Assembly (NCBI GenBank): GCA_964016885.1
Contig: OZ024750.1
Span: 25,668,001 to 25,732,000 of the forward strand
From: Eledone cirrhosa
Lineage: Eukaryota
Length of the DNA stretch: 64,000 nucleotides
Direction of reading: 5' to 3'
Below are positions 43,011 to 57,104 of this stretch, piece after piece (within the stretch, counting starts at the first letter, position 1; each line of letters starts with the position of its first letter). The notes beneath the pieces are model-generated. The model had not been told where the DNA came from, did not search any database, and was given only the letters and a program-made list of their open reading frames with translations. A program made the position numbers and the translations under genes.

Positions 43011-43525
43011 ATCATGATCAAACCGCCACCCTCCTTCAAAAACGAGGGAGAGTCGGTTGTCCTATGTGTTATGGCTATGGTGAAAGAGGTTATATGGTAG
43101 ACGAGGTTAAAAGAGCTGAGGTCAGACACCTTTCTCTCCGGCGAGCAACTGATTCGTTTTTTCAAATATCATTTTGGAAGAAGAATCAAGATGGAGGGAG
43201 AGGTGCTGTACACCAGCAAATTTTATAAAAGATGGGTGAATGTGGCAAAGATGGCCCGAGTGATTGGGCCTTCTCTCTATATAAGCCTGTAGGTTGAGGA
43301 AAAAGAGGAAGAGAGGAAGGGAGTACTCACTCTTGGTGCTCCTGGAGATGAGGATTGTACATTTTTTCGGGGTGTGTACAACCCCTGTGTAACACCTCAC
43401 CCCTATTGGGGATTTCAATTGTTATTTGTTATTGTATTAATAGTTTTATTTTCATATACCTGTATGTAAACACCCCATTTGTATTTGTCCCCTTCTTTTG
43501 TGCCTTTGTGGCTAATAAAGAAATT
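43011..43525 (+). mobile_element. Second, shorter and degenerate copy of the same Tx1-type LINE
   Basis: parallels 42363-42885 with an in-frame stop; (TATC)n flanks. Confidence 0.85.
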
Positions 43526-44169
43526 TATCTATCTCTCTACCTACCTCACTGTCTTTCTATCCACCTATCTATCTATTTTTCTACCTACCTACCTACTTAC
43601 CAACCTGTCTTTTTATCCACCCACCTTACTATCTACCTAACCAACTAGCTATCCACCCATCCTTTTACCGACCTATCTATTTACCTTCCTACCCATCCTT
43701 TTATCTATTTGTCTATCTCTCTACCAACACATCCATGCACCTATTTAGCTATCAATCCACCTACCTATCTCTCTACCTCCCTCTCTACCCATCCACCTAG
43801 CTATCCATCTATCTATTTACTATGTTATTTGTTTAATCTATTTTTATCAGATTGTTGACACTGGCAGTCAACTATCAAATCACATCACAATAAAAACTTA
43901 CAACTAAAATGTAAAGGTCAATGCTTAATTTTCTTTTCCTAAAATGAAGTGCCAGAGGTTAAGATTTTCTCCCTTACGTTGTGTGTTGACACAAAACCTC
44001 ATCCCTCAGCCGCACCCCCCCTCCCCCCGAACTTCTTTATGAGACACACACAATGATTGGTTTCTGTTTGAAGTTTTTTTTATTCTGAAATAAAACAGAA
44101 ATAAATTGCAATCTTCTATTCAAATATAAGGGAAACGAACGTCGTTGTGTTCTAAGATGAAAAGTTTAC

Positions 44170-44232
44170 TAGACAAACATGGCGTTGTTTAGTTGTCGTT
44201 GAACAAAGAAAATGGCGTAACACGTGACCATT
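44170..44232. promoter_or_regulatory. Candidate promoter-like motif cluster (two AANATGGCG YY1-like sites, CACGTGAC E-box)
   Basis: motifs in a non-repetitive, locally CpG-containing stretch; no transcript support visible. Confidence 0.3.
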
Positions 44233-45227
44233 TACTAGTCTGTAGAGTTTAATTGGGATTTGTTACAATTTTAAAGGTTTAAAAAATAGCTAAAACAAAA
44301 ACCAAAAACAAAATAGTAAATAAAACCAACATGCAAAAGATTAAAAAAAATAAAATGAAAGAGTGGGGGTGGAGGCGAGAGATAAAACTTTTTTAAATTT
44401 TCAATTCTTTTTCTGTCACTTATTCAAAAGACGAAGCTGTGAACTTATCTAAATATACAGTACAATCCCAGGTGGTATTTTCTGTGGAGCTTTTCACAAA
44501 ATTTTATCTGGTATATTGTTTCTATTGAAATATGTAATAAGATATTTTTAAATTCAAGAGTGTAACATTCAAATAAATGCTGTCTTTCTTTCTCTTCTAT
44601 CCTTCTTTTCGTAATTGTTACTGGCAGAGTCGTTAGAACGTTGGATGGAATGCTTTGAGTTATACGTCCCGGCTCTCTGTTCTATGAGTTCAAATCCCAC
44701 CGAGGTCAACTTTGCTTTTAAAAAAGTACCAGTCTAGTACTGGGGTCGATTCTTTCTCTATATCTTTTTCCCACTTCAATTCCTCTACTCTCTATCCTTC
44801 TCTGGAAGAAATATGCTATACTCAGGCCTGGGGAGAGGATGGGCTCCGTCAATTTTAAGAATATCCGAAGAAACGGTGTACGTCAATATGGCGTCCATAC
44901 GACTCTCTCATCTCAGGAGTTACGGCTCCATAGCATATCAATCGTTACTGTTGTTTTCCTATACTTTAGTTATTTGTGTACAGTTATGCAAAATAGTGTA
45001 GGCCAGGACAGCTCTATGGAAACTTGTGTTCAAATGAGTCATTGATCTTTGATGAAGTTGTAAACAAATACCGAAACTAATCAGGTCGATATTTTTTTCT
45101 GACAACAATGAAACAACTACAACAATAACAACAACAACACTTTGTTCAGCCACTGTGTCTGCTGTTTATTGCTCGGTTAAAATTGTGTTTACTAAAATCA
45201 CGTTTCTGTAAATCCACTTCGTTACAC

Positions 45228-45916
45228 TTACACACATACATATATATATAGATATATATTACACATACATAAACATATATGTATTACATATACATACACA
45301 TATACATACATACACACACATATATATATATATATTACATATACATACACATAAACATATATATTACACATACATACACATACATATATATATAGATATA
45401 TATTACACATACATAAACATATATGTATTACATATACATACACATATACATACATACACATATATATATATATATTACATATACATAAACATACATATTT
45501 ATAGATATATATTACACATACATAAACATATATATATTACATATACATACACATATACATACATACACACATATATATATATATATATTACATATACATA
45601 CACATAAACACAAACATATATATTACATATACATACATACACACACATATATATATATTACATATACATACACATAAACATATATATTACACATACATAA
45701 ACATACATATTTATAGATATATATTACACATACATAAACATATATATATTACATATACATACACATATACATACATACACACATATATATATATATATAT
45801 TACATATACATACACATAAACACAAACATATATATTACATATACATACACATACACACATATATATTACATATACATACACATAAACATATATTACATAT
45901 ACATACACATATACAT

Positions 45917-45986
<70 letters not shown>

Positions 45987-46485
45987 CATATACATACACA
46001 TAAACATATATATTACACATACATAAACATACATATATATAGATATATATTACACATACATAAACATATATATATTACATATACATACACATATACATAC
46101 ATACACACATATATATATATATTACATATACATAAACATAAACATATATATTACATATACATACACATACATACACACACATATATATATTACATATACA
46201 TACACATAAACATATATTACATATACATACACATATACATACATATATATATATATATTAAACATACATAAACATATATATATTACATATACATACATAT
46301 ATATATACAACATATATATACACATACACTCATACACGCACACATATATATACATATGTTTGTCTGTGTGTATAAAATTCATACAGTGTATATTAGAACT
46401 AACAATTTGGCTGTTAGATTTGTCGGCAGATACACACACACACACACACATATATATATACACACACACACACACATATATACAT

Positions 46486-46566
<81 letters not shown>

Positions 46567-46843
46567 TACATATATACACACACATATATATATATTTAAG
46601 ACCACACATACACACACACACACACACATATACATATATATATATATACATACATACACTTCAGACCACACACCACACCATAAACTCACAACACACACAA
46701 CACCACACACACACATATATACACATACACACACACACATATATTTAAGACCACACACACACACATATACATATATATATATATATATATATACATATAC
46801 TTCAGACCACACACCACACCATAAACTCACAACACATACAACA

Positions 46844-46900
<57 letters not shown>

Positions 46901-46901
46901 T

Positions 46902-46937
<36 letters not shown>

Positions 46938-47472
46938 TTAAGACCACACACACACATATACATATATATACATATACTTCAGACCACACACCACACCATA
47001 AACTCACAACACACACACCACACACACACACACACATCAACATACGACAGCGATATACGCAACTACACATATGACGAGTGCGCACCTGTTATGATTCAAC
47101 GTTTTGAAGTAGGAGGCAGTGTAGGGTCAGGTGATGGGGTGAGGAAGGGGTTATGCCAAACAACAAATATTTAGAAGTCTTTTTTTACGTTTTTCAAAGG
47201 TCCCCAATCGTTGTTATGAAACTTTACTTCAACATCTTCCCTTATTAATTGACATTGCTGGACCTGTCTTCTTTAGATCCTCTTTCTCATACACACGTGC
47301 TCCCCCCCTCTCTCTCTCTGGTTTTCTATCTGTCTGTCTCTCTTTCTCTCTGTTCCTCTCTCATCCTCTCTCTCTGTTTGGTTTTCTATGTTTTTTTTTC
47401 TGTTTGTCTGTCTCTCTCTCTGGCTTTCTATCTTTCTGTCTGTGTCTCTCTCTCTCTCTGTATCTCCCTCTC

Positions 47473-47511
<39 letters not shown>

Positions 47512-47603
47512 ATCGCTCTCTCTCTCTCTATGTCCCCCCTCTCTCTCTGGCTTTCTATCTTTCTGTCTGTGTGTGTCTCTCTCTCTCTCTGTGTCCCCCT
47601 CTC

Positions 47604-47661
<58 letters not shown>

Positions 47662-47717
47662 GCTCTCTCTCTCTCTCTCTATGTCCCCCTCTCTCTCTCT
47701 GGCTTTCTATCTTTCTG

Positions 47718-47748
<31 letters not shown>

Positions 47749-48004
47749 GTGTCCCTCTGGCTTTCTATCTGCCTGTCTATCTCTTTCTGTCCTCCTCTCT
47801 CTCTGGCTTTCTATCTTTCTGTCTGTCTGTCTCCCTCTCTCCCTGTCTCCCTCTCTGTCTCTCTGGCTTTCTATCAGCCTGTCTATCTCTTTCTGTCCTC
47901 CTCTCTCTCTTTTCTGTCTGTCTGTCTCTCTCTGTTTGGTTTTCAATCCTTTTTCTATTTCTCTCTGGCTCTCTAACTTTATTTCTGTCTGTCTCCCTCT
48001 GTGC

Positions 48005-48088
<84 letters not shown>

Positions 48089-48137
48089 CTTTCTGTCTGT
48101 CTCCCTCTGTGCGTGTGTGTCTCTCTCTGTCTCCCCC

Positions 48138-48202
<65 letters not shown>

Positions 48203-48240
48203 GCTTTCTGTCTTTCTGTCTGTCTCCCCCCCCCCACCAC
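45228..48240. repeat. Compound (TA)/(CA)/(CT) microsatellite field with higher-order repeats
   Basis: direct. Confidence 0.95.
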
Positions 48241-49210
48241 CACTCACAGTATCTGCCTTTTTGTCTTTCTTTTATTTTTCTGTCTCAGTTTCTGTTTTTC
48301 TCTTTATTTCACTATGTCTCTAGCATCTCCCCCTCCCCTCTCTCTCCCCCTGGCTCTCTCTTTCTCTCCGTCTCACTGTCTGTCTGTCTGTCTGTCTCAC
48401 CCCGCCGTACAAGAAATGTTCTAGTTGAATCCATTCCAAAGTCGTTGCTCCACAAATAGCCTGCTATGTTTTCTCTCTTAAAAGCCGAGACAACATTAAA
48501 AGATGTTAATCTGTTCCAAGCCCGGAAGTTTATTTCGTTGAAGCTTATCTCGGTATTATTAGCAGTGAATTGGCAGTATCGGTAGAGGGTCCGACGCCAT
48601 GCTTTGACCCATAGGAGTTACGGCCCTTGCTATTCTGAGTTCAAATCTCGCCGAGGTCAACTTTGCCTTTCATCCTTACGGAGTCGATAAAATAAAGTAC
48701 CAGTAATGTACTGGAGGTAATTGCTGGCCTTGTGCCAATAGTAGAAACAATTATTAGTATTGAAAGTACAAGGCAGTCCATAGTAGCCTTACACCCCCCC
48801 CCACAACTCTGCTGGTACATATTTTCGGCTGAGTGGACTGGACGAAAGTGAGATGAAGTGTTTTGCTCAAGAACAATGCGCTACCTGTATTAGGAATCGA
48901 ACCCACGAAATTAAGATCGTAAACCCAACACCCTAACCGTTAGAGAGCACACCTTTATACACGTCAAGGTATATTATATATTTATGTATTACTCCTTCAC
49001 ACATATATAGGTATATATATAGGAACAAGTATGACCCCGACGGCAGAGCTCAAGGCGTTTCGACGGCTAATTCTGGACAGAATTAGCCGTCGAAACGGCT
49101 TGAGCTCTGCCGTCGGGGTCATACTTGTTCCTATTACCCACTCTACTACCCTAAGTATTGAGTACTTTGGTGCGTTATGGTCCATCTGGTTCCTTACCAC
49201 ATTTCCTTCG

Positions 49211-49258
<48 letters not shown>

Positions 49259-49633
49259 CGGGTTGAGTCGGAGTTAACCACAGTAAGTAAGGTACTCAAT
49301 ACATAGCAGAGTATAAAAGTTTTAATATAGAAGAGCTTCTACAGGACTAGAACTGATGATTTCTCACGAATGAAACAGTTCTAGTCCTGTAGAAGCTTTT
49401 CTATATTAAAACTTATATATATATATATATATATAAAGGTAGAACACTGGAGGGTAATATCCGTAATGGTAGAGCACTCAATCCATGGGACGAGTTTGGT
49501 AGAAGTAGTTCCACAACAGTTAGTTCAGTTCACCATACCGTGAAACAATTGTTCTCGGTATGGTGAACTAACTGTTGTGTTACTACTTATATATATATAT
49601 ATATATATACATATATATCTATATATGTTACTA

Positions 49634-49721
<88 letters not shown>

Positions 49722-49803
49722 GGAGGTGAGTTATATATATATATATGTTGATTTAAAACTGCACTATTCACAAGTGTTTTTTAACCTTCATATCATGTCT
49801 TCC

Positions 49804-49874
49804 TATTTTATCTGATGAAAACACAAATGTTATTGCATGATGATATTTGTTTTTGAAATGCGCATAATAAAATA
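49804..49874 (+). ncRNA. Complete type I hammerhead ribozyme motif, solitary, between (TA)n tracts
   Basis: UAUUUUAU-CUGAUGA-[about 15-bp stem II, loop GCAU]-GAAA-UGCGCA-UA|AUAAAAUA. Perfect 8-bp stem I and palindromic stem III (AUGCGCAU). Confidence 0.8.
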
Positions 49875-49902
49875 CATGGAACTCTTTTAACCATCTTTTG
49901 AT

Positions 49903-49964
<62 letters not shown>

Positions 49965-50143
49965 TTGATAGATATGAAAAGATTCAGGACCCCGACGGCT
50001 GAGCTCCGGCCGCTTCGACAGCTAGAAACGGCCGGAGCTCAGCCGTCGGAGTCCTGAATTTTTTCCTATTACCCACTCTACTACCGAAAGTATCGAGTAC
50101 TCTTGTGGGTTATGGTCCACCTGGTATTTTACCACACCTTATT

Positions 50144-50180
<37 letters not shown>

Positions 50181-50717
50181 TATTGAAGTTTCCGTTGAAA
50201 ATTGAAAAAGCCATAGGAGAGAAGAGTGCTCTATGTAAGTACCAGAGCAAAATTTAATGTATAATAAACAATACAATATAATTACCTCATTACCAGAGGT
50301 TTCCCGAATAAGACGAATATGAAAAACGTCCTCATTCGTTCTTTTATTATATATCTCTTGCATTACTTTTATTTATATATTTTTTGCATTTCTTGAGGAG
50401 ACTTTTCAAATATTTCACTATGTTTTAAATTGCCTTGTCCGACGAACGAATGAGGTCGTTTTTCGTATTGTATTGTTTATTATACAGTATATATATATCG
50501 ACAGTCGATCGACTTTCGTCAAATCGGACCGAGGAAACAATGTTTCCATTGGTCTTTCCAATTGCTAATACTATCTATCGGTCGCAACTCCAGGTAGAAG
50601 GAGCAACGTGAAATAAAGTGTCTTGCTCAAGGACATAACGCATCGCCCGGTGCGAGAATCGAACTCACGACATCACGATTGTGAATCCAATTCTCTAACC
50701 ACTCAGCCACGCGCCTC

Positions 50718-50827
<110 letters not shown>

Positions 50828-50883
50828 GCTGCCAATACCTTAATGGGACACGGGTATACAATACCTAACTCCTATTAACCTAA

Positions 50884-50940
<57 letters not shown>

Positions 50941-50942
<2 letters not shown>

Positions 50943-51338
50943 AAATTGAGGTTGGTAATGGCACATGGAATATATAAGAGACAGAATACTTTTTTGTGAA
51001 AAAATATAATTTTATAAGGTAAGGAAATAATAAAGGGTATAAAACTACCAGAAAGGGACACAGCAGTCAACCTGTTGTTGCTACCTAGATGAAAACTGCT
51101 ATGAAATCCCACAATGAATTTTATACTTGAATTTTCAAATCTCAAATTTTAACTCTTCGTATTATTAATTTTTCTTAATATTAATCAACATTTGAAAAGA
51201 TGGCTTTTGCAGACCCATCGAAACCGGTCATTTTTTATACCCTTTATTATTTCCTTACCTTATAAAATTATGTTTTTTCACAAAAAAGTATTCTGTCTCT
51301 TATATATTCCATGTGCCATTACCAACCTCAATTTTCTC
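50941..51338. mobile_element. Fold-back PLE-like element with about 100-bp inverted arms and degenerate hammerhead; fragment also at about 23300-23390
   Basis: 50941-51044 is inverted relative to 51233-51338; GATGG/CCATC stem plus GAAA-CCGG-TC at 51199-51229. Confidence 0.6.
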
Positions 51339-51370
51339 TATAACCTTCGTTTTGTGTAGAAAATTACACC

Positions 51371-51418
<48 letters not shown>

Positions 51419-51962
51419 CGCCTTCACACACATGTAAGTATAATAGATAGTTATGTATTTCTCCCACCATATCAGATTAAGTGAGTTAGGCGTCCAGAGG
51501 ATAATATCTAGACGTCTGTTTGTACTAGACGTTAGCTTATTACAGATTAACTTCGCCGACAGTCTGGTACCTTTCTTGGGGAAAGTAAATTGGGGCAGAT
51601 AGAGTGAAGTGTTTCGCTCAAGGACATGACACAACGCAAGCATTTATGATTCCAAGTTAGACGTAGTCACCTAAGCCACTTGACTTTTGCTCCTTTCTTG
51701 CACAACACACACACACACGCACGCACGCACGCACGCAGAGAAACAGACACACACACATAGATAGGACACACAGTCACAGAGACACAAACAGATGCAAACA
51801 GACAGACAGACAGACACAGAGCCACACAAAAACAGGCATACACACACACACACACAGATACACGCAGAGAGAGAGAGAGAGAGATACTAACACAGACACA
51901 TAGCCACACATACACACACAAAAGCAGACTCACATACAGAGACACCCACAGACACAGAGAAA

Positions 51963-52044
<82 letters not shown>

Positions 52045-52594
52045 GAAATAGACAGGACACACAGTTGCACAGACACACACAGGCACATAGACACACAGAC
52101 ATACACAGAAACACAGACATACACAGATACATACACACACAGATACACACACAGAAAAGATACACACAGATAAATAGACAGACGCACACACAGGCACATA
52201 GACAGACTGTCATACACAGATACCCAGACACACACAGTCACAGACACACAAACACACACACACACAGAGACACAGTCTTTAAGTTGTATGATTTATATTT
52301 CATTACATCGTAATTGCTTCCCTCCGTGTCTTCTGCCTTTCACCATGTCTTGTCTCTTAATATATTTTAATCCTTTCATCCTTCCCCAATTATAAACATT
52401 CACTCTCTCACATTTCCTTTTCCTCTCAAACTTTTCTAAATTGTATTTCACTGATGTTTCTCAGGTTTGTCTTATTTTTCATCCAAACTTACACCTAATA
52501 TCTTCTCTCTCGTATTAAATTGTAACGATATTTTACAGTCAAATAACCCGAGTTCCACCCGTCTTAAAGAAACCAATTTAACACCATTTAACTG

Positions 52595-53207
52595 TCATTT
52601 CTACCCGTATCAAACCAATCTAATATCACATAACTGCCCTAATTTCTACCCGTATTAAAAACCACTCTAATATCACATAACTGCTCTGATTTACCCCCGT
52701 ATTAAACCAATCTATTACCACTTAGCTGCCCTGATTTCTACCCGTATTAAACCAATCTAACACCACTTAACTGCCCTAATTTCTACCCGTATTAAAACAA
52801 TCTATTACCACTTAACTGCCCTAATTTCTACCCGTATTAAACCAATCTAACACCACTTAACTGCCCTAATTTCTACCCGTATTAAACCAATCTAACACCA
52901 CTTAACTGCCCTAATTTATACCAGTATTAAACCAATCTAACACCACTTAACTGCCCTAATTTATACCCGTATTAAACCAATCTAACACCACTTAACTGCT
53001 CTGATTCCTACCCGTATTAAAGCCATCTAATACCATTTAATTGCCCTAATTTATACCCGTATTAAACCAATCTAACACCACTTAACTGCTCTGATTCCTA
53101 CCCGTATTAAAGCCATCTAATACCATTTAATTGCCCTGATTGCTACCCGTATTAAACCAATCTAATACCACTTAACTGCCTTCATTTCTACCCGTATTAA
53201 ACCAATG
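52595..53207. repeat. 45-bp minisatellite (cccgtattaaaccaatctaacaccacttaactgccctaatttcta), about 13 copies
   Basis: period 45 (52741, 52786). Confidence 0.92.
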
Positions 53208-53939
53208 TGTGATGATGACGATGAGCAGATTAATATATATTAGTCCTCAGATGCAAAATACTTATACGAGATGTTAGACTAATATATATTCTTTTAGAGT
53301 GATCTAAATCATTTATCTTTAATTCATATATCAAAACCTAGGTGAATTTATATAAGAACCAAATTTAAGACGCAATTATCTGCCATATGTGAATCTCGTT
53401 TAAATAGCATTACTCTAATAATTAAGTAAAACCAGCCCTGATAATAATTAAACGTGGGATTTACCAGTCACCAAAGCTATACATGTATTTTACTCAAAAC
53501 GTGAAAATGTCAGACAAAACAAGGAAGGCTAAAAGAATTTTGTTTAGCCATTAGCAGTAAATATGGAGATAATTTAATTATATATCATGAGCAAACTCAT
53601 TAAAGCCAGCTATACATTAGCCATTAGATTGAAATCATGGCAGTCAACACGTGTGAATATACTTCCCTCTCTTTGTATATGTTATCTACTTATAGCTAAC
53701 TAGACAGTTAAATGTCTTTACTAGGGATAACCAGTCATTGGTTAATAGAGTACATCATAGTGTGCCCATCTTCTAGGCTCAACAGTATTCCTATAAATTT
53801 CAAGTCTTTCTGAACATGTTTTACATTTTCTCTTCTACAAGAACTAGTTGTAATTTTCAGTAACACAATAACATCTATGAAGCAAAAAGCTCAGTGTGTT
53901 TTGTGGTTTCACGAAACAAAATCAGGGAAAGACACTATG

Positions 53940-54006
<67 letters not shown>

Positions 54007-54240
54007 CTATATTAAGGCTAAAAAGTGAGTCTTGTTACCATGGAGTTTCGCTTTTTAGCCTGAATATAAATGAATATTAAACCTCTACTTCGGTATTGAG
54101 TACTCCTTCCTCTCAGCCGTCAACCACACACACACACACACACATATATGTATGTAAAAAATAAACAGAAATAACATCACAATCGGTACAGTATATGGAA
54201 GGAATATATTAGGTTAACGCTTGAAATAGCAGGAAGAAGG

Positions 54241-54276
54241 TCTTAACGTTTCGGACGCTAGTCCTTCATCAGAAGA
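54241..54276 (-). ncRNA. Minimal PLE-type hammerhead motif (related copies 36511-36546 and degenerate 19757-19792)
   Basis: UCUU-CUGAUGA-A-GGAC UAGC GUCC-GAAA-CG-UU|AAGA, with palindromic AACGUU at stem III. Confidence 0.6.
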
Positions 54277-54361
54277 AAGAATGAGAAATTAGATAGATTG
54301 AAGGGACGGGTGGGGTGGAATTGGAAAAAAATCTTTTTAGAGAAAAATAACAGGTCCATTC

Positions 54362-54392
<31 letters not shown>

Positions 54393-54924
54393 GAAAGAAG
54401 TGTGGTAAGGAACCAGATGGACCATAACGCACCAGAGTACTCAATACTTAGGGTAGTAGAGTGGGTAATAGGAAAATATTGAACCCCGATGGCAGAGCTC
54501 TGCCGTCGAGGTTAAACATTTTCCTATATATATGTATATATATATATATATATATACACCCATACCAGTAATTGGTGCAGGTCGGTGGTTGTTATGCTGA
54601 GAAGAATGGGACATGAATTAGAAGGAAGTGTGTCGTTAAACTCTTCCTTAAGTAATCTGTTTCGGTGAATTAGGTCAAATGAAGATGTATGAATTTTATT
54701 TGGTGTGTATACACTTACAGACACACACACACACAACCCCTCCCACGCACATATACTTAAAAATACACACATACACTTAAGAACATAAATACCACCCCAC
54801 ACACACATGAGCCTATTGAATTATTGGACTCTTATTAAAAAAAACCCAGACAATCACTAAATATTAAGTTATAACACAGTAAATATGTCAATCCGTAGAT
54901 AGAACCATCTTTTTTCTTCTTCTT

Positions 54925-55270
54925 CGCCCACTTATTCCTGAGAGGGTCGTGGGGGCAGAGTCCTTAAACATTTCCTCCGGTGGGTCCTGTCAGAAGCAAC
55001 AGTCTCCAACTGATCCGGTTAGATCCCCAAGCGTGACCAGCCAAGCTCATAGATATTATCCAACCATCTTGCTCAGGGTCTACCCCTGGGTCTCTTACCG
55101 GTTGGTTTTGCCCCCATAAAATCTGTCCAGCGATTCTTTCCTGAGACATTCTAACCACATGCCCATAGTATCGGAGCTGTGATCCCTCAATTCGGAGAAG
55201 TAGCGGCTCTACCTGGAGTGACTCTCTGATCTACAAGCTAAGCAACCTATTGAGTAACGTTACTCCAATG
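54925..55270 (-). mobile_element. RTE-clade LINE 3' fragment
   Basis: sister of 4560-4955. Confidence 0.75.
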
Positions 55271-56146
55271 TACAAAATATACATTAATAAATAATCAAAT
55301 TTTAAGTTCATTTACCAATAATTAAGAGAGAGTCACTCTACTCGGAGTGATTCTCTTAACTTAAAATGTTAAATAACTGAAGAATGAAATAAGTTAGGTC
55401 TGAACAGTTTTCGTTCTGTTATAAGATGTTTAAAACCTGTTGACAAAGACACGTTATTACAATCCAAAGTTTGTGTTATAAAGAATAAAAAACATAAATA
55501 TATACAAAAGAAAGGAAACTAAAAGTGGAAAGTATGTAGTAAATCTCTCATAGACACAGCATAAAATCTACTTTTAACCAGTTACGACGCTTGTAGCTTG
55601 TAATTCTAACTTTGGAGCGATAATAAAAATAAATCTGGATTAGATTTACGGAACGTACTTTTTTTTTCTTAAGTCTCATAAAATAAAGACATTTTAACAG
55701 ATGGTTTTAGTTTCATAAAAACGTCATAGTTGTTTTAACTCTACACCCACTCACCCCCACATCCATTCAACCCTATTTCAATGAAAACGTTGTAGTTATT
55801 TTAACTCTGCACACCTCCCCACATCCATTCAACCCTGTTTCAATGAAAACGCTGTAGTTGTTTTAACTCTGCACGCCATCCATCCATCCATCCAACTCTG
55901 TTTCACTTTTCATTGATTACATCGAAGAAGGAGAGGGGGCGACTAACTTAAAAAGGAAAGAGAATTACTGGAGCCCCCAGTAATAAGAATGCCCCCCCCC
56001 GATAATAGGGAAGTTCCTAGCCAGACAGTAGAACTAACGTCAAAAATAACTTGTGAAAAATGCCAAACACATGTGTAGGTCTGTACGTATCTAAGTGAGA
56101 GTATATGGAGGTATTGTGTATGTTATGTTTTAGACTGTTTCATCTC

Positions 56147-56200
<54 letters not shown>

Positions 56201-56287
56201 GTATATATATATATATGTATATATATGTATATATATATATATGTATGTATATACATACATACATACATACATACATACATACATACA

Positions 56288-56323
<36 letters not shown>

Positions 56324-56720
56324 CCCCTTTCTCTTCCATATACTTCCGTCATCCTCCATCCACTCTATTTTCTTAATAAAACAATCAGCTTTTTTCTCGT
56401 CTGATAATTCAACCTTTTATAGAGTATTAACCTTGTTATTTTTCATCTATTTATCCACATTTATCCCCTTCTTTAAGATCCTTCACCCGCCTCTATATCA
56501 CCCCACCCCACTCCACCAATATTCTTTACATAAGGACAGACATTCATTGTATGGTGGATATAACTGAGAAGTGTGAAGAAGCTAATGTCGTACGACAAGA
56601 TGTCGACCCTTACTGAGTCGAGGTAACAGTTTCAATTCTCATTGATTTAAATTAACTTTACATGTGATGATAGAGTAAGAGTATAAACTTCTGGCCAGAC
56701 ATGCCCGAAGGGGCCACCTG

Positions 56721-56853
<133 letters not shown>

Positions 56854-56979
56854 AAAGAGTCAGGACCCCGACGGCTGAGCTCCGGCCGTTTCGACAGCTA
56901 GATCCGAACAGTTCTACTACTCTAAGTATTGAGTACTCTGGTGCGTTATGGTTCCCTTGGTATCTTACCATACCCTCTT

Positions 56980-57104
<125 letters not shown>

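Noticed and set aside
45228-48459. Many ORFs up to 279 aa ([12 protein letters not shown]); similar ones at 23-26 kb, 40 kb, 51-52 kb, 56-57 kb
   Set aside because: Translations of dinucleotide microsatellites
53877-53925. MKQKAQCVLWFHETKS, resembling a mariner transposase N-terminus
   Set aside because: Only about 16 codons before a microsatellite; too short to call beyond a possible relic
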